Shown piece by piece: positions 1 to 5,935 of a stretch of 10,834 bases of DNA; positions within the stretch are counted from its first letter, which is position 1; every line of letters begins with the position of its first letter. A program made the position numbers and the translations under genes. The DNA is taken from NCBI GenBank assembly GCA_043804695.1, contig JAZDIV010000045.1:1-10834 (forward strand). Reading direction: 5' to 3'. The notes under the pieces are model-generated. The model did no database searches. It was given only the letters and a program-made list of their open reading frames with translations, and was not told the origin of the DNA. The DNA is from PVC group bacterium (GTDB taxonomy: Bacteria > Auribacterota > Erginobacteria > Erginobacterales > Erginobacteraceae).

Positions 1-142
1 ATTGCGAGGAGCGAAGCGACGAAGCAATCTCAACTCTATGCACAGCAAGAGATTGCTTCCCGCCACGCTTTGCTCGCGGCTTCGGCTAACGCTCGCAATG
101 ACCGCGATCCTTGATGTAAATCCTACAACGGTCGGATTAATA
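1..142. repeat. REP/RPE-like palindromic element, copy 1 (left end truncated by window edge), with conserved 3' tail
   Basis: ATTGCGAG (1-8) pairs with CTCGCAAT (92-99). An inner stem forms from GAAGCAATCTC...GAGATTGCTTC. The element is homologous to 3176-3294, including the GATGTAAAT...ATTAATA tail. Confidence 0.85.
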
Positions 143-221
143 GCTTCGCAACTTATTTAACCACGGATTGTGTGGATTATGCTAATTAAAGAAAAAGCAA
201 TCCGTTTAAACCGTTTAATAA

Positions 222-270
222 TGTTGCTTCAATGCTTGCCCACTCTTATTTTTTCGCAGAAAAAATAAGA
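222..270. repeat. 49-nt hairpin-containing repeat, copy A (immediately after the ispH-ubiA stop)
   Basis: 42/49 identical to 9697-9745. Perfect 12-bp stem TCTTATTTTTTC-GCA-GAAAAAATAAGA (244-270). Confidence 0.85.
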
Positions 271-1998
271 TCACCGGGCAAGAAAGGCGATCAGGCCGGC
301 CAGCAGCAGCTGGCTGTCAACCAGCATCTCGTGCGCCAGGCCCCGGAAGATGATTCTCCTGTGATAGAGGACGAGGTAAAAACACCCGTAGGCGATCACT
401 CCCAGATACCAGTAACCGGAAGAGTCCACCCATCCCCGGGCGGCGCCCAGGATCAGGAGAAGGGCGACCAGGGTGATGAGGCCGAGGAGCATGATCTTGG
501 TCTTTCTCACCCCCAGGACAACCGGGATGGTCTCGCGGCCGACCAGCCGATCCCCCTGGATATCACGGATAGCGAACAAAGATGACCGGACAAACATGAC
601 GCTGAAGACAAAGATAAAGACCACGAGCACCGAGATAACGGGGACCGCCGGGACCCGGGCGGAGAAGGCCGGGATCAGGACCGCCAGGACCCCCCACCCC
701 AGGGAACTGAAGAACTCCTTCAATCCGGTCAGATGCTTGAGACTCCTTCCCGGGAGGGTGGAGGGCAGGAGGGTGAAGCTGTACGCCAGCCCGGAGAGGA
801 GCGTGAAGACGGTCAAAAGAAAAGCGCCGGCGCCCAGAATCCCGGCGCACCAGAAAGCCGCCAGCAGGGAGAGCGTGTTGAGCAGATACAATTCCTTCCG
901 GTAGCGGAGAAAAAACCGGTACCGGGACGGCTGGCTGAGATGGATCGCCGACTGGTCGGCAAATATGTTGAGGTTATAGACAGCCAGCACGAGGCAGAAA
1001 GAAAGCAGAACCGCGGGCCACTGCACGGGGATCTTCAGGAGGCGCGCGGCGGCGCAGGTCAGGCAGGCGCCGCCGAGCGCGATCAGGACATTCGCCTTCA
1101 CAATTACGGAGAGAAGCCGGCAGAGCCGCCCCAGTTTCGTCCTTTGTCGTTCCCAGGAGCAGCTCCGCAGCCGTTCGACCACCTCCTGGATCAGCCAGTT
1201 CGGCGTGGATGCCCCCGCCGTCACGCCCACGGTCTGAAAACGGCTCAGCGCCACCGGATCAAGTTCATCGGCGGTCTCAACCTGGAAGACCGGTATCCGG
1301 CCCCCGGCGATCCTGGTCAGGCGGGCGGTGTTGGCGCTGTTCCCGCCCCCGACCACGATCAGGGCGTCGACCTTGGCGGCAATATCGACGACTTCTTTCT
1401 GCCGGTCGAGGGTCGAGGCGCAGATCGTCTCGAAAACCAGAGCCTCCCGGAAACGGGCTTTCACGGCGGCGGCGATCTGCCGGTACTCATCCCGGTTCTG
1501 GGTGGTCTGGGAAACCAGACACACCAAGCCGAGGTCGGGAAGTTTCTCAACCCCGTCTGGGCGATTGATCACAAATCCCCTCCCCTCCGTGAAACCCAGA
1601 AGCCCCTCCACCTCCGTGTGTCCCTCATCCCCGAAGATGATGGTGGCATAGCCCTGCCGGGCGTGTTTCCGGATGATTCCCTGCACCTTCAGAACATCGG
1701 GACAGCTGGCATCGCAGACACCGGCGCCGGTCGACTTGAGGGCGTCCCTGACCCGGGGAGAGATGCCGTGGGCGCTGATGACGCAGACATCCCCCGGCCG
1801 GAAAAGCCTCATGTCCCGTGTTGAAGAGATCCGCTTGGAGGAGAGAAGCCGGACGACCTGGGGATTATGAATGAGGGGACCGTAGGTGCGGATCTCTTTT
1901 CCGTCCTCCCGGCGCGCCCGGTCCAGGACCATTTCCAGGGCCCTCCTCACCCCCATGCAGAAACCGGCCTTTCTGGCCGTGATTATTTTCACCGGCAT
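271..1998 (-). CDS. ispH: 4-hydroxy-3-methylbut-2-enyl diphosphate reductase (IspH/LytB) fused to a C-terminal UbiA-superfamily prenyltransferase-like membrane domain
   Basis: The N-terminal ~280 aa carry IspH motifs GFCMGVRRA, GPLIHN, SAHG, DASCP, GHTEV, SQTT, TICAST.RQ, NSANT and GVTAGASTP, with all three Fe-S cysteines. The C-terminal ~290 aa are multi-TM with UbiA-like motifs (YNLNIFAD, AYS, RDIQGD..G..TIPVVLG). AAGGAG lies upstream. Confidence 0.93.
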   Translation of the reverse strand: MPVKIITARKAGFCMGVRRALEMVLDRARREDGKEIRTYGPLIHNPQVVRLLSSKRISSTRDMRLFRPGDVCVISAHGISPRVRDALKSTGAGVCDASCPDVLKVQGIIRKHARQGYATIIFGDEGHTEVEGLLGFTEGRGFVINRPDGVEKLPDLGLVCLVSQTTQNRDEYRQIAAAVKARFREALVFETICASTLDRQKEVVDIAAKVDALIVVGGGNSANTARLTRIAGGRIPVFQVETADELDPVALSRFQTVGVTAGASTPNWLIQEVVERLRSCSWERQRTKLGRLCRLLSVIVKANVLIALGGACLTCAAARLLKIPVQWPAVLLSFCLVLAVYNLNIFADQSAIHLSQPSRYRFFLRYRKELYLLNTLSLLAAFWCAGILGAGAFLLTVFTLLSGLAYSFTLLPSTLPGRSLKHLTGLKEFFSSLGWGVLAVLIPAFSARVPAVPVISVLVVFIFVFSVMFVRSSLFAIRDIQGDRLVGRETIPVVLGVRKTKIMLLGLITLVALLLILGAARGWVDSSGYWYLGVIAYGCFYLVLYHRRIIFRGLAHEMLVDSQLLLAGLIAFLAR

Positions 1999-2145
1999 TT
2001 CTCCTTTTCCGGGGAAGTGTAGGCGAAAATGCTCGGATAATCAAGGTGTCTAAAAATCTATTCATTCCCGGAATTTCTGTGCTACTATACTCCCCGCTGG
2101 CAAACGACAAAACCGTTCTCAACCAGACTCGATCGGAAACATCCC

Positions 2146-3153
2146 ATGCCGGATTTCATCGGTGACATCCTCCAGAAGGCCCGGTCCCTGAAAAAAAGGA
2201 TCATCCTCCCCGAAGGGACGGAGCCCCGGGTGCTGGCGGCGGCGAGGGAGATCGCCGCCGATCGGATCGCCGACCTGGTCCTCCTCGGCGATGGCGCCGA
2301 GATCCGGTCCGCCCTGGACAGGATGGGCGTTGACAGCGCCGGGTTCGACATCGTCAATCCGGAGACCTCCGGCCGGGCTGAAACCTATGCGTCCACGCTT
2401 TACGAGCTGCGCAAACATAAAGGCGTGACCCGCCAGGACGCCGCCAGAATGGCGCGGGATCCGTTATACTTCGGGACCATGATGCTCAAGAGCGGAGAAG
2501 CCGACGGGATGGTGGCGGGGGCCGCGAGATTCACCGCCGACATCATCCGTCCCGCCCTCCAGATCATCAAAACCGTGCCCGGAGTCAAAACCGCCTCGGC
2601 CATGTTCTTCATTGTCAAGGACGGTCATCCCTACCTCTTTGCCGATTGCGGTCTTAATAGAAACCCGAACCCGGAACAACTGGCCGACATAACGTTCTCC
2701 ACCGCCCTGACCGCGCGGTTCTTCGGGATCGCGCCAAGAATCGCCCTCCTCTCCTATTCCACCCGCGGTTCCGGCAAAGGAGAGGAAGTCGTCAAAATGG
2801 CCGCGGCCACCCGGCTGGCCAGAGAAAAGCTGGAAGCAAACTACCGCGGAGAATTCGTTATCGACGGGGAGCTGCAATTCGACGCCGCCTTCGACCCCGG
2901 AATCGCCGAGATCAAATGCCCCGGGAGCCCCCTCCGGGGCCGGACCAACGTCTTTATTTTCCCGGATTTAGGTGCCGGCAACATCGCCTACAAGCTGGCG
3001 CACCGGATGGCCGGCGCCAATGCCTACGGCCCCATTCTCCAGGGGATCTCCCCCCCGATCAACGATCTCTCCCGGGGATGTTCCAGCCGGGACATCACGG
3101 TCACCGTCGCCATCACCGCCATTCAGGCTCAGCGGCACAATAGCAAATACTAA
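2146..3153 (+). CDS. pta: Phosphate acetyltransferase (short, catalytic-domain-only Pta)
   Basis: 335 aa with motifs LPEG.EPRVL.AA, ADGMVAGA, FADCG, ALLSYST.GSG, DGELQFDAA, FPDL.AGNIAYK and GPILQG...PINDLSRGCS. Confidence 0.93.
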   Translation: MPDFIGDILQKARSLKKRIILPEGTEPRVLAAAREIAADRIADLVLLGDGAEIRSALDRMGVDSAGFDIVNPETSGRAETYASTLYELRKHKGVTRQDAARMARDPLYFGTMMLKSGEADGMVAGAARFTADIIRPALQIIKTVPGVKTASAMFFIVKDGHPYLFADCGLNRNPNPEQLADITFSTALTARFFGIAPRIALLSYSTRGSGKGEEVVKMAAATRLAREKLEANYRGEFVIDGELQFDAAFDPGIAEIKCPGSPLRGRTNVFIFPDLGAGNIAYKLAHRMAGANAYGPILQGISPPINDLSRGCSSRDITVTVAITAIQAQRHNSKY

Positions 3154-3175
3154 GGAGTCCATAATTGTATGACAT

Positions 3176-3294
3176 GTCACTGCGAGGAGCCAGGCGACGA
3201 AGCAGTCACAATTCTTTGCATAACAAGAGATTGCTTCGCTCCGCTCGCAATGACTAAAATCTACGATGTAAATAGTAAAACGATCTCATTAATA
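3176..3294. repeat. REP/RPE-like palindromic element, copy 2, with conserved 3' tail
   Basis: GTCACTGCGAGGAGC..GCGACGAAGCAGTC...GAGATTGCTTCGCTCCGCTCGCAATGAC (3176-3254). The tail at 3265-3294 is 24/30 identical to 113-142, at the same 10-nt offset. Confidence 0.88.
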
Positions 3295-3417
3295 ACTCGG
3301 GATGTTCAAGTCCAATCATTGGTTGGGCCGGGGGATAAAACCGAATAAGCGGATTGTTTTTTAACATCCAATCACATTCAATCGTCTGTTAAATTAAAGG
3401 GGGCGAGGGGGGGATTT

Positions 3418-3446
3418 AATCTGTGTCCATCTGTGTAATCTGTGGA
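3418..3446. repeat. Short tandem repeat ATCTGTG x3 (9-10 nt period)
   Basis: ATCTGTG occurs at 3419, 3429 and 3438. Confidence 0.7.
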
Positions 3447-3480
3447 TTTTTAAGTTGCCAGCGAAGCGAGGGCTAAGTTC

Positions 3481-4236
3481 TTGGACCTTCTGTCAAGACC
3501 CCTTCCTTTCCTGACGGCGGTGCTTGCTTCCGCCCTCTTCTCCCTCCCGGCCCGGGCGGAGACGGAACCGGACTACCTGGTCCTGGAAGCCGGAGACCCG
3601 GCCGGGGATCAGAAAGCCGTCGGCGATCAGGCCGTTCCGGGTTCGGGGGGAGATCTCCGGGGCACCCGGCTGGTGCTGAGGAAAATCCCCGTCGCCCGCG
3701 GTCCGCAAACGGCGGGAACGCGGCCGGAGTGGGTCTACCTCCCGGTCGAGCTGAGCGTTCGGATAGAGACGGAACTGACCGGAGGAGAGGTGCAGCTCTG
3801 CATTTTCATTCATCTTCCCCCGATCGACGTCGAACACATTATCAGCCGGGACTCCCTCCTGAGGGAGGGGCCGTCCGGAGAAGAGAGAATCCTCCTGGTG
3901 ACCCGGTCGGAAGTCTCCTTCTTCACCGGGATGGAGGAGCGCTGGGATGACGAGGTGACCGCCTTCAAGAATTCCCCCCTCTATCCGAACTGCTTCTTCG
4001 ACGCGCCCCCGGAGGAGCGGGCCGCCGCCTTCCGGGAAGCGGGGAAGTTCGCCATTCACCGGGGAAGCACCTACCGCTTCCCCTCCTCCCCCACATTTTA
4101 CTGGCGGGATATCCCTCCCCTGACCATCAGCACCTCACTGATCGTCAGGGAACTGGACGGTTTAACCGTGCGGGGTTTCCGGGGACTGGTCAACGATACC
4201 ATGGAAGCCGACTGGAAGGAAGTCACGGGGACCTGA
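3481..4236 (+). CDS. Hypothetical exported protein (putative Sec signal peptide)
   Basis: 251-aa ORF fills the GC-rich stretch between two AT-rich spacers, with GC-rich third codon positions. The hydrophobic N-terminus ends in A-R-A|ETE. It has a TTG start with GAGGG 8 nt upstream; the start is uncertain and I recognise no family. Confidence 0.7.
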   Translation: MDLLSRPLPFLTAVLASALFSLPARAETEPDYLVLEAGDPAGDQKAVGDQAVPGSGGDLRGTRLVLRKIPVARGPQTAGTRPEWVYLPVELSVRIETELTGGEVQLCIFIHLPPIDVEHIISRDSLLREGPSGEERILLVTRSEVSFFTGMEERWDDEVTAFKNSPLYPNCFFDAPPEERAAAFREAGKFAIHRGSTYRFPSSPTFYWRDIPPLTISTSLIVRELDGLTVRGFRGLVNDTMEADWKEVTGT

Positions 4237-4269
4237 TGCCCGCTCTCCCGGGCGTCCTGAAAACCGGGT

Positions 4270-4474
4270 TCTCTTCCATTTTGTGTGGGTAAATGTTACT
4301 AATCTGGATATCATTCTAAATGACGAAACTCGAATGACGAAACCCGAAGGAATATTAAAATCCAAATTTGGATTTAGTCATTGATTCGTCATTCGACATT
4401 CTCCGCCTATAGGCGGATCAGCTTTCGGCTGAGTATTTAGTCATTCATAAGTAACCCACACGAAACTAAAGAGA
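4270..4474. mobile_element. Putative MITE-like non-autonomous element
   Basis: Imperfect terminal inverted repeats at 4270-4294 and 4450-4474 (19/25; core GTGTGGGT/ACCCACAC) enclose AT-rich nested palindromes. There is no credible ORF. Confidence 0.55.
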
Positions 4475-4537
4475 GTCGAAAAGAGTTTTTCCCCCGGCGC
4501 CCCCGGCCTGGACCGCCGGATCGCCGTAATTTTAGGG

Positions 4538-4567
4538 TTGACAAAACGGGCGCATCCTTACTACGTT
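4538..4567 (+). promoter_or_regulatory. Putative sigma70 promoter for the kinase gene
   Basis: Perfect TTGACA (4538-4543), 18-nt spacer, TACGTT (4562-4567). An alternative TATACT at 4567-4572 is too distant from this -35. Confidence 0.45.
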
Positions 4568-4701
4568 ATACTTGAGGATCCGGACCTGGTTTCGTTCCGA
4601 GGGAAGCTTCCGGAGGGAACCGGTCCGGCAAATGAAACGAAACTGTTTTTGTCCGGGCACCATGTGGTAATGCCCGGTGGTGCCGGCAAGGAGAACCGTT
4701 T

Positions 4702-5748
4702 ATGAACAATCAGGATGTGAACACAGGTTATAATAAAAATATCCCCATGCAGGTGATCGAGGGGACGCACCGCTGGTATGCCGAACAGGGGGTTGACACC
4801 GTCCAGGGATTAAACCGGCGGATCGCCGAAGGCACGTTCCCCGATCTGGTCAAAGAGGCGGACAAACGGTATGAGTGGTATACCGAGATGGCCGCCCGGG
4901 CGATCCTGGACAGCAAAGATCCCATCCGCCTGGTAATCATCGCCGGTCCCTCGAGTTCCGGCAAGACCACCACCACCACCAAGATCGCGGAGCGGCTCCG
5001 GGAGAAAAACTTGAAGCTGATCCCGATGGTGCTGGACAACTATTTCTTTGATCTGGAGATGCATCCGAAAGATGAATACGGCGACTACGACTTCGAAACC
5101 CCCCAGGCGCTCGACCTGCCCCTCATCAACAAGCATCTGGGAGAACTGATGGCGGGGAAAGAAATCCAGATGCCGATCTATGATTTCAAAACCGGTCTCC
5201 GCCAGAAAACGACGGTTCCCCTTCGCCTCGAGGAGGATGAGATCATCCTGATCGACAGCCTCCACGGTCTTTACGCCCCGATGACCGAAAGCGTGCCCGC
5301 CGAGAACAAGTTCCGGCTTTATATCGAGACCCTCTCCCAGCTGAAAGACATCAACGGGGAATGGACCCGGTGGACCGATATCCGGCTGCTGCGAAGGATG
5401 GTCAGGGACAGCTGGCATCGAAGCTATTCACCGGTCGCCACGATCGGCCATTGGCATTATGTCCGCAAGAGCGAGATGCGCCACATCGTCCCCTTCATCA
5501 CCGAGACCGACTTTGTCGTCAACGGCGCGCTGGCGTACGAACTGCCGATCCACAAGAAATACTCCTTTTATTCTCTTAAAGAGGCGATCGAAAAGTTCAA
5601 GGATGATCCCGGAAAACGCGATGCCTATCTCCGGGCCCGGCGGGTGTATGAACTGCTGGACACCATCACCGTGGTCGAGGATGACTCCTGCATCCCCGGG
5701 AAGTCCCTTCTCCGGGAGTTCATCGGCGGGAGCGAATACAATTATTAA
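4702..5748 (+). CDS. Uridine kinase/phosphoribulokinase-family P-loop nucleoside kinase-like protein
   Basis: Walker A IAGPSSSGKTT, plus LDNYF, DFETPQALD, PIYDFKTG.R, D.RLLRRMVRD and C-terminal SLLREFIGGS. RBS AAGGAG at 4688-4693. Confidence 0.85.
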   Translation: MNNQDVNTGYNKNIPMQVIEGTHRWYAEQGVDTVQGLNRRIAEGTFPDLVKEADKRYEWYTEMAARAILDSKDPIRLVIIAGPSSSGKTTTTTKIAERLREKNLKLIPMVLDNYFFDLEMHPKDEYGDYDFETPQALDLPLINKHLGELMAGKEIQMPIYDFKTGLRQKTTVPLRLEEDEIILIDSLHGLYAPMTESVPAENKFRLYIETLSQLKDINGEWTRWTDIRLLRRMVRDSWHRSYSPVATIGHWHYVRKSEMRHIVPFITETDFVVNGALAYELPIHKKYSFYSLKEAIEKFKDDPGKRDAYLRARRVYELLDTITVVEDDSCIPGKSLLREFIGGSEYNY

Positions 5749-5797
5749 AATCCGGACCGGACTGCCCGACTTCCGCCATGGTCTTCGAGGAGCATAG

Positions 5798-5929
5798 TTA
5801 GAGCTTACTCGAAAAGCTTGTAAGCTCTAAAATTTTAATATCTTCAGCCAAAGGCTGAGGATTTTAAATTTATTTAGAATTTCGATATTAGGATTTAGGA
5901 TTTCCTGCTCGAAAATCTTTTTGAACAGG
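5798..5929. terminator. Cluster of three hairpins between convergent kinase and murJ genes (possible bidirectional termination or repeat remnant)
   Basis: TTAGAGCTTAC/GTAAGCTCTAA (5798-5830); imperfect 19-bp stem around CAGCC-AAA-GGCTG (5831-5871); CCTGCTCGAAAA/TTTTTGAACAGG (5904-5929). Confidence 0.45.
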
Positions 5930-5935
5930 GCTTGG

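Noticed and set aside
244..270. DGR target hairpin downstream of a variable region
   Set aside because: There is no reverse transcriptase and no TR/VR pair with adenine-specific mismatches, and the upstream genes are housekeeping genes.
733..1824. Long + strand ORF (363 aa) and other antisense or alternate-frame ORFs (e.g. 6471-7262, 6741-7541, 8091-8918, 10031-10807, 4810-5418, 3493-4059)
   Set aside because: They overlap better-supported genes, have no recognisable motifs, and are expected shadow ORFs in GC-rich DNA.
4162..4365. 67-aa minus-strand ORF starting in the MITE-like region
   Set aside because: It is translated repeat sequence overlapping the end of the + strand CDS, with no RBS or motif.
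4311..4446. Possible CRISPR array (also considered for 7578-7622 and 5873-5907)
   Set aside because: The units are 7-14 nt, degenerate and lack unique spacers. No cas genes are present.
4575..4700. Known riboswitch (c-di-GMP-I, purine, SAM), tRNA or 6S RNA
   Set aside because: The required consensus elements could not be matched by eye. It is kept only as an unassigned structured-leader candidate.
4966..4980. (ACC)5 microsatellite as a phase-variation site
   Set aside because: It encodes the Thr run following the Walker A lysine and is an in-frame trinucleotide using a preferred codon.
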